A stretch of 64,000 bases of DNA from an uncultured Actinomycetes bacterium (GTDB lineage: Bacteria; Actinomycetota; UBA4738; HRBIN12). Position 1 is the stretch's first letter. Each line of letters opens with the position of its first letter. Both the position numbers and the translations under genes were made by a program. Positions 8,765-18,123 of this stretch are shown piece after piece. The stretch covers positions 1-64,000 of the forward strand of contig CAVPIB010000007.1 in assembly GCA_963704885.1 (NCBI GenBank), read 5' to 3'. Under the pieces are notes generated by a model that saw only the letters and a program-made list of their open reading frames with translations, had not been told where the DNA came from and made no database searches.

Positions 8765-8801
8765 GCACCGAAGGTCCCGCGGAACGCGGGTTCTTCGGCC
8801 T
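8765..8801. promoter_or_regulatory. tandem DosR/DevR-like boxes upstream of the sulfur operon
   Basis: GCACCGAAGGTCCC (8765-8778) and GGGTTCTTCGGCCT (8788-8801), both resembling GGGNCNNNNGNCCC; centres 23 bp apart. Confidence 0.4.
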
Positions 8802-8849
8802 ACCCGGTCCAACCCGGAACCCCGCAGTATCGGTGGAAAGGAGCCACAT

Positions 8850-9263
8850 ATGGAAACAGACAACGAACCGACGATCTCGCTGGTGCTGTTCTCGGGGACG
8901 GACGACCGGCTTCAGGCCGCCTCCGTCCTCACTGTCGGCGCGGCTGTGATGGGGCGCAAGGTGAACCTGTTCCTGCAGTACTGGGCCCTAGATGCGTTCC
9001 GGGCCGACCGGATCACGAAGGATCACGGTGTCTCGCCCGAGGCAGGCCCCGATGGCCGCGCCCTGATGGAGCGCCAGGGCAAGACCCACTGGAGCGAGCT
9101 GCTCGCCCAGGCGAAGGACCTCGGAGAGGTCTTCATCTATGCCTGCGCCGACTCCATGGAGATGTTCACGATCACGAAGGACGATCTGGATCCGCTGGTC
9201 GACGGGGTGTGGGGCGTTGCCTCGTTCTTCGCCGAGGCCGACGGTCCGGTGACCTTCATCTAG
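8850..9263 (+). CDS. DsrE/DsrF/DrsH-like sulfur carrier protein
   Basis: SLVLFSGTDDRL, NLFLQYWAL, conserved Cys in IYACADSM, GVASF, TFI end; RBS AAAGGAG. Confidence 0.85.
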   Translation: METDNEPTISLVLFSGTDDRLQAASVLTVGAAVMGRKVNLFLQYWALDAFRADRITKDHGVSPEAGPDGRALMERQGKTHWSELLAQAKDLGEVFIYACADSMEMFTITKDDLDPLVDGVWGVASFFAEADGPVTFI

Positions 9264-9282
9264 TGCACAGGAGGTGGGAACG

Positions 9283-9525
9283 ATGACGACAGCTGCGGAG
9301 ATCACCAAGTCGATCGATGCCCGAGGAATGCCGTGCCCCGGTCCGCTGATGAGTCTGATCGGCGCCATCCGCGAAGGGACGGTGGGTGACGTGATCGAGG
9401 TCCTCTCGAGCGATGAAGGCTCGAAGACGGACATCCCGGCGTGGGTCCAAAAGGCGGGACACGAGCTCGTCGATGTGATCGCCGACGACGGCTTCACGAG
9501 GTTCGTCGTCCACAAGGTTCGGTGA
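9283..9525 (+). CDS. TusA-family sulfurtransferase
   Basis: IDARGMPCPGP (CPxP), DIPAW; RBS AGGAGG. Confidence 0.9.
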   Translation: MTTAAEITKSIDARGMPCPGPLMSLIGAIREGTVGDVIEVLSSDEGSKTDIPAWVQKAGHELVDVIADDGFTRFVVHKVR

Positions 9526-9532
9526 GCGGCTG

Positions 9533-10699
9533 ATGCCCGCGCGTGTGGTCGTACTGGGTGGGGGCGTCGGCGGGACGCTGACCGCCAATCTGCTGGACAA
9601 GGAACTGGGCCGTGACGCGCACGTCACCGTCGTGGATGCGACCGGCCTGCACGACTACCAACCCGGATACCTGTACGTAGCGCTGGGAGAGGCCAACGGT
9701 CACTGGCTTTCTCGGGATGAACGGACGTTGCTGCGCTCGGACGTGGAGCTTGCGATCGAGAAAGCCGTCCAGGTCGACCCGGACGCTCAGACCGTGCAGC
9801 TGGAGCGTGGAGGGAGTCTCGACTGGGACTACCTCGTGCTGGCTACCGGGTCGCGGCTGGTCCACGACGCTATCCCCGGCCTGGTGGAGGGATCGCACGG
9901 GTTCTACTCGCTGCAGGACGCGGAACGACTGCGTGAGGCGCTGCGCGTGTTCCCGGGCGGGAGGATCCGGATCGGGATCGCGGGCATCCCTTACAAGTGC
10001 CCGCCTGCGCCCGTGGAGTTCACGTTCATGGTCGAGGAGTACCTGCGGCACCGAGGGATCCGCGACCGGAGCGAGGTAACGCTGCTATCGCCGTTGAACC
10101 GGGCGTTCACGATCGAGAGCGCGTCCAAGCTGATCCAGCCGATCATGGAGGAGCGGGGGATCGAGCTGACCACGTTCTTCAACGTGGAGGCCGTCGACCC
10201 TTCTTCCGGGACCGTCGAGTCGCTCGAGGGCGAGAAGGTCGAGTACGACCTGCTCGTCCTGGTCCCGCCGCACAAGGGTCAGCAGGTCGTGATCGATTCC
10301 GGACTCGGAGACGCCGGCGGCTGGCTGCCGACCGACAAGCACACGCTCCAGGTAGGGGAGCACGAGCGGATCTTCGCCCTGGGCGACGCCACGAACCTGC
10401 CCATCTCCAAGAGTGGCTCGACCGCGCACTTCGAAGCACCCGTGATCGCGTCTCGGATCGCATCCCTGGTGCGCGGCTCGGCCCCCAAGACGAACTACGG
10501 GGGCCGCGTGATGTGCTTCCTGGAGACGGGTAACGGCAGAGCCACGGCGCTTAGGTTCGACTACGAGCACCCCCCGACACCGCCACAGCCCAATCGGGCC
10601 TGGCATCTAGCGAAGTGGCTCTTCAACCGCATGTACTGGGAGACCGTGCCGCAGGGGCGGATCCCCGAGCGGATGTCGCAAGGAGGCGGATCAAGATGA
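9533..10699 (+). CDS. sqr: sulfide:quinone oxidoreductase-like FAD-dependent oxidoreductase
   Basis: GGGVGG FAD motif, YQPG, YKCPPAPVEF, GDAT..SKSGS, second Cys in MCFLETG. Confidence 0.85.
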   Translation: MPARVVVLGGGVGGTLTANLLDKELGRDAHVTVVDATGLHDYQPGYLYVALGEANGHWLSRDERTLLRSDVELAIEKAVQVDPDAQTVQLERGGSLDWDYLVLATGSRLVHDAIPGLVEGSHGFYSLQDAERLREALRVFPGGRIRIGIAGIPYKCPPAPVEFTFMVEEYLRHRGIRDRSEVTLLSPLNRAFTIESASKLIQPIMEERGIELTTFFNVEAVDPSSGTVESLEGEKVEYDLLVLVPPHKGQQVVIDSGLGDAGGWLPTDKHTLQVGEHERIFALGDATNLPISKSGSTAHFEAPVIASRIASLVRGSAPKTNYGGRVMCFLETGNGRATALRFDYEHPPTPPQPNRAWHLAKWLFNRMYWETVPQGRIPERMSQGGGSR

Positions 10700-10932
10700 G
10701 CGTGACGATCACGAAGACCCTCGACCTGAAAGGACTCTCATGCCCGCTGCCGATCGCGAAGACGGCGCAGGCGTTCCGTGACCTGCAGCCGGGCGACGTG
10801 GTCGAGTCTCTGGCCACGGATCCCGGGTCGGTGCCCGACTTCAGGGCCTGGTGCCAGAGCACCGGCAACGAGCTGATCGAGCAAACGGAAGAGGCGGGCG
10901 TCTATCGCTTCCTCCTCCGCAAGAAAGGGTGA
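10696..10932 (+). CDS. TusA-family sulfurtransferase (second copy)
   Basis: LDLKGLSCPLP, ATDPGSVPDFRAWC; ATGA overlap with sqr. Confidence 0.9.
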   Translation: MSVTITKTLDLKGLSCPLPIAKTAQAFRDLQPGDVVESLATDPGSVPDFRAWCQSTGNELIEQTEEAGVYRFLLRKKG

Positions 10933-10937
10933 GCACT

Positions 10938-11468
10938 ATGACCGCGATGGAGGCGACGCTCGAAGCTACGGCACCTGAGGAGCTGAAGCACGTCAAGCAC
11001 AATAAGCTCGTGATCATGGCGTGGAGCGGTGACCTCGACAAGGTCTGGCCCACGTTCATCCTTGGCACGACCGGGGCCGCGATGGGGATGGAGACGACGA
11101 TCTTCTTCACGTTCTGGGGGCTGTTCCCACTGGTGAAGAACGAGGTCAGGATCACGGGCGACAATTGGATGCAGAGGATGCTCTCGTTCATGAACCGCGG
11201 TGGCACCGAGCATCTGAAGCTCGGCAAGATGAACTTCGCGGGGATGGGGCCCGCGATGATGAAGAAGCTCGCCGAGGAGCACAACGTTGCGTCTCCCACC
11301 GAGCTGCTCGAGGTGGCCCGGGATCTCGGCGTTCACCTCGTGCCATGCCAGATGACCATGGACCTGCTCGGACTCTCGCGCGAGGACCTTATCGACGGCC
11401 TGGATGAGCCGGCCGGGGCTACTACCGCGCTGTTCGAGGCGCAAGACGCCGTCTCTCTGTTCATCTGA
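10938..11468 (+). CDS. DsrE/DsrF/DrsH-like protein (YrkE/DsrE2 type)
   Basis: SGDLDK, IFFTFWGL, MNFAGMG, conserved Cys in PCQMTMDL, LFI end. Confidence 0.88.
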   Translation: MTAMEATLEATAPEELKHVKHNKLVIMAWSGDLDKVWPTFILGTTGAAMGMETTIFFTFWGLFPLVKNEVRITGDNWMQRMLSFMNRGGTEHLKLGKMNFAGMGPAMMKKLAEEHNVASPTELLEVARDLGVHLVPCQMTMDLLGLSREDLIDGLDEPAGATTALFEAQDAVSLFI

Positions 11469-11480
11469 GCGGCAGCGTGG

Positions 11481-11512
11481 ACGACCGCCGGAGCCCCCTT
11501 TCCGGCGGTCGT
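11481..11512. terminator. hairpin between convergent genes (likely terminator)
   Basis: 12-bp stem ACGACCGCCGGA/TCCGGCGGTCGT. Confidence 0.7.
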
Positions 11513-11515
11513 TCC

Positions 11516-13735
11516 CTATCCGCCGGGCAGGAACACGTGGAACGACGCGCCGCCGCCCTCACGGTCTTCAAGCCACGCGCGGCCACCGTGGAGCTCCGCG
11601 AACCGGCGCACGAGCGACAGGCCGACCCCCACGCCGGGTGAGTGCTCCGACGAGGAGCCAGGCGCCTGCCGGAACGGTTCGAAGACGGCTTCTCGTAACT
11701 CGGCAGGGATCCCTGGTCCTTCATCCTCGACCACGATCACAACCCCGCCGTCCTGTCCGGCGGCCCGGATCGAGATCGGTGTGCCGTCCGGGGTGTGCCG
11801 GATCGCGTTCGAGATCAGGTTCTCCAGGATCCGCTCGACCTTGGCGGCGTCGATAGACACGGTGATCGGTTCCACCTCGACTCGGATGTCACGGCCGGCG
11901 GCCTTCTCGGTGCCCGCGACGCTGCGGTCGATGAGCTCGACGATGTCGGTGGGACGGCGCCGCGGACTGACGATCCCGCGCTGGAGACGATCCAGATCCA
12001 GGAGGTCGGACAGGAGTCGCTCGAGCTTTCGGGCGTTCGCCGCGATCCGGCCCACGAGATCAAGCGCGTCCTCTTTCGGGAGCCCCAGCTCAGTCTGCTC
12101 GAGCGTGAGCGCGGATCCGAGGATCGATGTGAGCGGGGTGCGGAGATCGTGAGACACAGCCTCCAGGAACGTGTTCTTCATGTCGTCCAGGGCGCGGAGT
12201 CGCTGCGCCGCTTCGCGTTCGCGTCGGAAGGCCTCCGAGTACTTGCGCTCGCTGCGGCGAAGGGCCTGTTCGGCCCGCTTACGCTCCGTGATGTCGATCA
12301 TCAGGCCACGCAACTGCCGGGCGCCCTTACTACCCCGGACGACGTGCACCATGTCCCGGATCCAGGTGGTCGCTCCGTCCGGCGCCGTAACGCGGTACTC
12401 GATGCTCTGATCCTGGTCTGCACCTGCCGCACCACGCGCGGCGGCTATCGCCGAGTCTCGATCCTCGTCCCTGACGTGGTCGCCCCAGCGGCGCCCCTCC
12501 GCGACCCATCCCTGAACCTCTGCGCCCAGCAGCTGCTCCGCTTGGCCGGCCAGGAACGACAACCGCAGCGAGGCCGCGTCGGCCTCCCAGAACACCGCGT
12601 CCAGGCTCTCCACCAGCTCGTGGAACCGCTCCAGCTCTGAGAGCCTGCTCGCGTTGCCGAGCGCCAGGGACGTGATGTCGGCTACTCCACGAGCGAGGGC
12701 CAGGGATCGCTCGCTGAAGCTCCCATCGATCTCGGGCGCCGTCAGCACCATCGCTCCGAATCCGTCGGGCTCCCATCGCAGCGGAGCGATGAGCGTCTCG
12801 CGTACTTCCTTCAAGAGGCTGATCTCCGCCGGCACCTGTTCGACGATCTCGCGGGGCAGGATGAATGGTTCTACCTCGGACAACAAGAACGGTTGGGCCG
12901 TCTCGGCGGTGATCTCCGGGAAGGATCTCTCGGGATCCAGTATGCCCTCCGCGAGCTCCTGGACCCTGGCCGCATGGAAACTCCCCGTCTCCCCGTCCCT
13001 GAGGAATATGGCGACCGCCGAACACGGAGCGAACCGGGGGATGGTTTCCATCGCCTCACGCAGGATCTCGTCAACGGAATGAAGTTGCGTCAGTCGCTGC
13101 GACAGCCGGAGAAGCGCGGTCGATGTCTCGGCCGCCTCGCGCTCAGCCTGGAACAGCTTCGCGTTGTCGAAGGCGACGGCGGCGTGGGAGGCCAGTACCT
13201 CCAGCAGCCGACGATCCTCCTCGTCGAACTTGCCGTAGCCGAGCATCGAGAGCACGATCACGCCCACGAGCTGATCGCCCACAGACATCGGGACGGCCAA
13301 CATCGACTCGAGGATGTCGTCGGTGCCGGGGATCGTGACGGCGAAGTCCACCTCTCGAGCATCCGGGGTGAGGAGCGATTCCCGCGTCTCAGCCACGTGA
13401 CCGGTGAGCCCCTCGCCGATCCTCGTCGTCAGGTTGTCTACCGTGTCGTTCTCGTAGTCGGAGAAGACCTCTCCTCGGAACGACACCGGCAGCAGCGTGG
13501 AGCCATCGGGCTGAAGCACGTATACGCGGCTGCTGTGGTAGTCGATGATCGTTCGCAGCTCGCCCGTGATCGCGGCGCCGATCTCGTAGACGTCGGCCAG
13601 CGAGTTGAGCTTGGCGGCAAGGCTGTGAAGCATGTTGAGCTGCGCCACCGAGCGGAACCGGGCGATGTTGTCGTCGCTGACTTCTCCGGCGCCCGCTGGC
13701 TCGTCTCCCGTGGCCACCACGTCGGATCCTCTCAC
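11516..13735 (-). CDS. cytoplasmic sensor histidine kinase (GAF-GAF-PAS-HisKA-HATPase)
   Basis: H-box SHDLRTPL, N-box ENLISNAIRH, DEGPG, GVGVGL; GAF and PAS/PAC segments; no TM helix. Confidence 0.92.
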   Translation of the reverse strand: MRGSDVVATGDEPAGAGEVSDDNIARFRSVAQLNMLHSLAAKLNSLADVYEIGAAITGELRTIIDYHSSRVYVLQPDGSTLLPVSFRGEVFSDYENDTVDNLTTRIGEGLTGHVAETRESLLTPDAREVDFAVTIPGTDDILESMLAVPMSVGDQLVGVIVLSMLGYGKFDEEDRRLLEVLASHAAVAFDNAKLFQAEREAAETSTALLRLSQRLTQLHSVDEILREAMETIPRFAPCSAVAIFLRDGETGSFHAARVQELAEGILDPERSFPEITAETAQPFLLSEVEPFILPREIVEQVPAEISLLKEVRETLIAPLRWEPDGFGAMVLTAPEIDGSFSERSLALARGVADITSLALGNASRLSELERFHELVESLDAVFWEADAASLRLSFLAGQAEQLLGAEVQGWVAEGRRWGDHVRDEDRDSAIAAARGAAGADQDQSIEYRVTAPDGATTWIRDMVHVVRGSKGARQLRGLMIDITERKRAEQALRRSERKYSEAFRREREAAQRLRALDDMKNTFLEAVSHDLRTPLTSILGSALTLEQTELGLPKEDALDLVGRIAANARKLERLLSDLLDLDRLQRGIVSPRRRPTDIVELIDRSVAGTEKAAGRDIRVEVEPITVSIDAAKVERILENLISNAIRHTPDGTPISIRAAGQDGGVVIVVEDEGPGIPAELREAVFEPFRQAPGSSSEHSPGVGVGLSLVRRFAELHGGRAWLEDREGGGASFHVFLPGG

Positions 13736-13762
13736 GACCGCTCCTCGCGATCTCTCTCAGAC

Positions 13763-13791
13763 ATCTCGGCTCATGCCCCGGAGGTGCTTGA
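13763..13791 (-). promoter_or_regulatory. sigma28/WhiG-like promoter (histidine kinase)
   Basis: TCAAG-N16-GCCGAGAT. Confidence 0.55.
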
Positions 13792-13822
13792 ACCGACGGT
13801 GACGGTTGCTAGCCTCGCATCC

Positions 13823-14113
13823 GTGAGTCGGCCGAGGACGACCGAACAGGCGGAGGGGGTCGCGGCGCTCGATGAGCGGGACCGCGAACTCCTGGACTTC
13901 GAACGCGAGGCCTGGAAGCTTCGTATGTCGAAAGAGCGCGCCATCCGAGAACGCTTCGGCTTCTCCGCGGCGCGCTATCACCAGCTGCTGAACCGGGCGA
14001 TCGATCGGCCCGCGTCGCTCAACTACGATCCTATGCTCGTGCGGAGACTCCGTCGGATCCGCGACGCCAGACGGCGCAAGCGCGTGGCCGGGCGCCTCGG
14101 CATCCCTCTGTAG
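13823..14113 (+). CDS. DUF3263 domain protein
   Basis: LLDFERE..KERAIRERFGFSAARYHQLLN..YDPMLVRRLRR; leaderless GTG after TAGCCT. Confidence 0.85.
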   Translation: MSRPRTTEQAEGVAALDERDRELLDFEREAWKLRMSKERAIRERFGFSAARYHQLLNRAIDRPASLNYDPMLVRRLRRIRDARRRKRVAGRLGIPL

Positions 14114-14155
14114 ACGGGCGGCGGACGCTCCGAACACTGGGGTAGGATGGGCCGC

Positions 14156-14680
14156 GTGAATCTTGGAACGGCGCGGATCGCGATAATCGTGGCTCTGTTC
14201 GTGAGCGGGATCGCCATACTGGCTAACGGCTTCGGCACCTCCGCCACGGTCAACAACCCGGTTGGCGCTCCGGGGGACTCCTCGGTTTCGCCCAGCGAGA
14301 CCTCGCCCACCGCCAACCCTTCGCAGCCGCCGAAGGAGACCCCCAGCCCGGAGATCCAGGGCGTGCTGATCACGGTCTTGAACGGCACGTTCGAGGTCGG
14401 CTTGGCCAGTCAGGTGCAGCAGACCCTCGAAGCGGACGGCTACGTCGCCGCGCAGGATCCCGACGACACCCAATCCAAGCCCGTCGCCAAGACGGTCGTC
14501 TACTTCCGCGGCGGCGCCGATGCCGCTCAGAACCGGTCGAACGCGCACTATCTGGCGGACACCTATCTCGACGGCGCGCGCGTTGCACTCCTCGGCTCGG
14601 ATCAGGGCTCGATCGCCAAGAGCGCTCAACTGGTGATCATCGTGGGCGTGGACTACGCCGACGCGAACACCGGCGCCTAG
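14156..14680 (+). CDS. LytR C-terminal domain-containing membrane-anchored protein
   Basis: N-terminal TM, Pro/Ser linker, VLNGT..GLA, TVVYF, IIVGVD; typical neighbour of DUF3263. Alternative start 14147. Confidence 0.8.
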   Translation: MNLGTARIAIIVALFVSGIAILANGFGTSATVNNPVGAPGDSSVSPSETSPTANPSQPPKETPSPEIQGVLITVLNGTFEVGLASQVQQTLEADGYVAAQDPDDTQSKPVAKTVVYFRGGADAAQNRSNAHYLADTYLDGARVALLGSDQGSIAKSAQLVIIVGVDYADANTGA

Positions 14681-15126
14681 CGCCACGAGGGTGACTCGAC
14701 CAGGAGCTTCTCGAGTGCTTTGGCGCGCCGAGATTCCCGCTCCTGGGGGGACATGTTCATCAACTGCTCAAGCGCCGACGAAAGCGCGGCAGGTGAGAAC
14801 GGCTTCGTCATGTACTCCGATGCCCCCTGTTCCCAGCATCGGACCCGATCCTCGCGCTGTGCTTTCGCGGTGAGAACCAAGACGGGGATGTCCTTCGTCT
14901 CGTCGCTCTCTCGAAGGGCCGTCAACACCCCGTAGCCATCCAGGCCCGGGAGCATCAGGTCAAGCACGACCGCGTCGGGTGTCTGACCCAATGCCGTCGC
15001 GAGGCCACGTTCCCCGTCCGGGGCTTCGAGCACCTCGTGACCCGCATGCTGGAGGTTGACCCGGCACAGCAGGAGCACGTCTGGCTCATCGTCGATCACG
15101 AGCACGCGTGACATAGCCTTCGTCAT
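14677..15126 (-). CDS. single-domain response regulator (receiver)
   Basis: VLVIDDE, LDLMLPGLDG, LTAKA, KPF; no output domain. Confidence 0.92.
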   Translation of the reverse strand: MTKAMSRVLVIDDEPDVLLLCRVNLQHAGHEVLEAPDGERGLATALGQTPDAVVLDLMLPGLDGYGVLTALRESDETKDIPVLVLTAKAQREDRVRCWEQGASEYMTKPFSPAALSSALEQLMNMSPQERESRRAKALEKLLVESPSWR

Positions 15127-15160
15127 CGCTCCTTCCGCTGCTCCTTGGCCCTTTCGTTGG

Positions 15161-15187
15161 TTGTCGGCCGAACCAGGGACCCGTTGA
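15161..15187 (-). promoter_or_regulatory. sigma28/WhiG-like promoter (response regulator)
   Basis: TCAAC-N14-GCCGACAA (TCAA-N15-GCCGA). Confidence 0.5.
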
Positions 15188-15240
15188 TACCTGGAACGGG
15201 GGAGATGGCCGCCTCCGATGCATCGGCCCAGGTCGGAGCG

Positions 15241-15270
15241 TTGACGAGGGGACGGGCATCCACCTACGCT
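15241..15270 (+). promoter_or_regulatory. sigma70-type promoter of Rrf2 gene
   Basis: TTGACG-N18-TACGCT. Confidence 0.55.
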
Positions 15271-15288
15271 GGCCTCGAAGGAGCGTCG

Positions 15289-15765
15289 ATGATGCTGAAG
15301 GTCTCTCAGAAGCTCGAGTACGCCATGCGGGCCATGATCGAGCTAGCGGAGCGACGCAAGCAGGGAGCCTTGGTTCCGGCCCGAGAGATCGCCGAGCGTC
15401 AGCAGGTCCCCCTGAGGTTCCTAGAGCAGCAGTTAGGCGCCCTGTCGAAGGCAGGTCTCGTCGAGAGCTTCCGGGGGGCGGGCGGTGGATGTCGGATCGC
15501 GCGTGAGCCGTCTGAGATCACCGTGGCGGAGATAGCGGACGCCATCGAGGGTCAGATCTTCCCGATGTTCTGCCTGGAGCCCTCGGACCACACGTGCTTC
15601 CAGGATTCCCGTTGCGGACTGCAGGGGTTCTGGGCGGACGTGGCCCGCGCCGTGCAGCAGGTTTTCGCGGAAACGACGGTGGCGGACCTAACGGCCCGCC
15701 ACCAACGGATGACGCCGGGGCCGGTGCTGATCGCCCCGGAGACGCTCTTATCCCGTTCTCGTTGA
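15289..15765 (+). CDS. Rrf2-family transcriptional regulator (three C-terminal Cys, probable Fe-S)
   Basis: EYAMRAMIEL, FLEQQL, VESFRGAGGG, FCLEPSDHTCFQDSRC. Confidence 0.92.
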   Translation: MMLKVSQKLEYAMRAMIELAERRKQGALVPAREIAERQQVPLRFLEQQLGALSKAGLVESFRGAGGGCRIAREPSEITVAEIADAIEGQIFPMFCLEPSDHTCFQDSRCGLQGFWADVARAVQQVFAETTVADLTARHQRMTPGPVLIAPETLLSRSR

Positions 15766-15798
15766 CCGGTTCGCCCGGTCCGGACCGGCTAGGACCGG

Positions 15799-15963
15799 CT
15801 AGGACTGCCCGGCCTCAGCCTTGCTCAGGATGCGCGTGAGCTTGGTGCCGCACACCGGGCAGGCGCCCTGTGCGGCGGGACGGCCGTTCTTTAGGGTGAC
15901 GATCGTGCCCTCGAACGTCCGCTTCTCACGGCACTTCATGCAGTAGCCCTCGTACTGTGCCAC
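15799..15963 (-). CDS. small zinc-ribbon protein (DUF5679-like), 54 aa
   Basis: Not in the ORF track. GTG after AAGGAGG; MAQYEGYCMKCREKRTFEGTIVTLKNGRPAAQGACPVCGTKLTRILSKAEAGQS (two CxxC). Confidence 0.85.
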   Translation of the reverse strand: MAQYEGYCMKCREKRTFEGTIVTLKNGRPAAQGACPVCGTKLTRILSKAEAGQS

Positions 15964-16083
15964 CGCCTGCCTCCTTCCCCATAAGCTTCGAGGCCGCCTC
16001 GAACGGCAGCCTCACGCACGATGGTGAGGCCGTGGGGCCCATGTTGCAAGCACTCACGAGCCACTCTGGCCGTGTGTGGTCCG

Positions 16084-16111
16084 AGCCAGGGTCGCGTTCG
16101 TGACCCTGGCT
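16084..16111. promoter_or_regulatory. 28-bp inverted repeat upstream of acs
   Basis: AGCCAGGGTC-GCGTTCGT-GACCCTGGCT just before a TACGAT -10-like box. Confidence 0.45.
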
Positions 16112-16154
16112 GCGTACGATGCAACCCGTCCGCGAGCACGAAGGGTAGGGAAAC

Positions 16155-18116
16155 GTGAGCGACACCGAGCGGAATATCGAGGCGCTGCTCTTCGAGGAAA
16201 GGGTCTTCGAACCATCACCGGCGTTCGTCGATCAGGCGCTCGTCGCCGACGACGGCATCTACGACCGTGCGGCGGCCGATCCTGAGGGGTTCTGGGCCGA
16301 ACAGGCAGAGCGGATCTCCTGGTACCGACGGTGGGACACCGTCATGGAGTGGAACCCACCGTGGGTGAAGTGGTTCTCGGGGGGAACCTTGAACGCTTCC
16401 TACAACTGCCTCGACCGGCACATCGAGGCCGGCGGAGGCGACAAGGTGGCCTACCACTGGGAGGGCGAGCCGGGCGATACACGGACGCTCACGTACGGCG
16501 ACCTCTATGAGGAGACCTGCCGCTTCGCGAACGCACTGAGGTCGCTCGGCGTCAAGCGGGGCGACCGTGTGGCGATCTACCTGGGGATGGTCCCGGAGTT
16601 GCCGATCGCCATGCTCGCGTGCGCCAGGATCGGTGCGGCGCACTCGGTGGTCTTCGGGGGGTTCTCGGCGGAGTCACTCAAGGACCGGATCAACGATGCG
16701 GAGGCCAAGATCTTGATCACGGCGGACGGCGGCTATCGTCGCGGTCAGATCGTCCCGCTCAAGGACAACGCCGATGAGGCACTCGCGGATTGTCCGTCGA
16801 TCGAGCACGTGATCACGGTGCGTCGGACCGGAGGGGAGCACGAGTTCGTGGCCGGTCGCGATCTCTGGTACCACGAGCTGATCGCGGATCAACCCACCGA
16901 GTGTCCACCCGAGCAGATGGGCGCCGAGGATCTCCTCTACCTGCTGTATACGAGCGGGACCACAGGCAAGCCCAAGGGCATAGCGCACACGACCGGCGGG
17001 TACATGACGCAGGTGGCAGCGACCCACCGCATGATCTTCGACATCCACGAGGACGACGTGTACTGGTGCGCGGCCGACATCGGCTGGGTCACCGGCCACT
17101 CCTACATCGTGTACGGCCCGCTCGCCAATCACACCACGGGGATCATCTACGAAGGTGCCCCCGACTGGCCCGAGAAGGATCGCCTGTGGGAGATCGCCGA
17201 GAAGTATCGAGCTTCCATCCTGTACACCGCCCCTACGGCGATCCGTGCCTTCATGCGCTGGGGAACCGAGTTCCCGCGCAAACATGACTTGTCATCGCTT
17301 CGACTCCTCGGGTCGGTGGGCGAGCCGATCAACCCGGAGGCCTGGGTCTGGTACTGGACCTACATCGGTGGGGAGCGCTGCCCGATCGTGGACACCTGGT
17401 GGCAGACGGAGACGGGCGCGATCTTGATCACTCCTCTTCCCGGTCTCACGAAGCTCAAGCCCGGATCGGCGACCAGGCCATTCCCGGGGATCGAGGCCGA
17501 TGTGGTCGATGGATCGGGAAACTCGGTGCCGCTCGGTGGTGGTGGCTACCTCGTGCTTCGGCGTCCGTGGCCGGCGATCGCGCGCACGATCTGGGGCGAT
17601 CCCGACCGGTACGTCCAGACCTACTTCTCGACGTACGGTCCCGAGGTCTACTTGGCGGGGGACGGCGCCAAGCGTGACGAGGAGGGGTACTTCTGGCTAC
17701 TCGGCCGGATCGACGATGTCATGAACGTTGCAGGGCATCGATTGTCGACATATGAGATCGAGAGCGCGCTGGTCGACAACCAGAAGGTGGCCGAGGCCGC
17801 CGTCGTATCGCGGCCCCACGAGCTGAAGGGCGAGGGGATCGTCGCGTTCGTCACGCTGAAGAGCGGCTTCGAAGGAGACGAGGCGACGGCGCAGGAACTC
17901 CGTGAGCACGTCTCCAAGGTGATCGGGCCGATCGCCAAGCCTGACAACATCATCTTCACCACGGATCTCCCCAAGACACGCTCGGGGAAGATCATGCGCC
18001 GGCTGCTTCGCGACGTGGCGCGCGGTAACACGCTCGGTGACGTGACCACTCTCGCGAACGCCGAGATCGTGGAGCAGATCCGCGAGATGTCCGCGACCGC
18101 TCCCCCGGAGGAGTAG
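16155..18116 (+). CDS. acs: acetyl-CoA synthetase (acetate--CoA ligase)
   Basis: [42 protein letters not shown]. Confidence 0.97.
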   Translation: MSDTERNIEALLFEERVFEPSPAFVDQALVADDGIYDRAAADPEGFWAEQAERISWYRRWDTVMEWNPPWVKWFSGGTLNASYNCLDRHIEAGGGDKVAYHWEGEPGDTRTLTYGDLYEETCRFANALRSLGVKRGDRVAIYLGMVPELPIAMLACARIGAAHSVVFGGFSAESLKDRINDAEAKILITADGGYRRGQIVPLKDNADEALADCPSIEHVITVRRTGGEHEFVAGRDLWYHELIADQPTECPPEQMGAEDLLYLLYTSGTTGKPKGIAHTTGGYMTQVAATHRMIFDIHEDDVYWCAADIGWVTGHSYIVYGPLANHTTGIIYEGAPDWPEKDRLWEIAEKYRASILYTAPTAIRAFMRWGTEFPRKHDLSSLRLLGSVGEPINPEAWVWYWTYIGGERCPIVDTWWQTETGAILITPLPGLTKLKPGSATRPFPGIEADVVDGSGNSVPLGGGGYLVLRRPWPAIARTIWGDPDRYVQTYFSTYGPEVYLAGDGAKRDEEGYFWLLGRIDDVMNVAGHRLSTYEIESALVDNQKVAEAAVVSRPHELKGEGIVAFVTLKSGFEGDEATAQELREHVSKVIGPIAKPDNIIFTTDLPKTRSGKIMRRLLRDVARGNTLGDVTTLANAEIVEQIREMSATAPPEE

Positions 18117-18123
18117 CTCGGCT

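Noticed and set aside
7415-11512. Possible genomic island integrated at tRNA-Thr
   Set aside because: No integrase, no duplicated tRNA 3' end that I could find, and no evident compositional shift.
15782-15805. GGACCGGCTA tandem repeat (2.4 copies)
   Set aside because: Too short and without spacers; it sits between convergent stop codons. Not CRISPR or an iteron.
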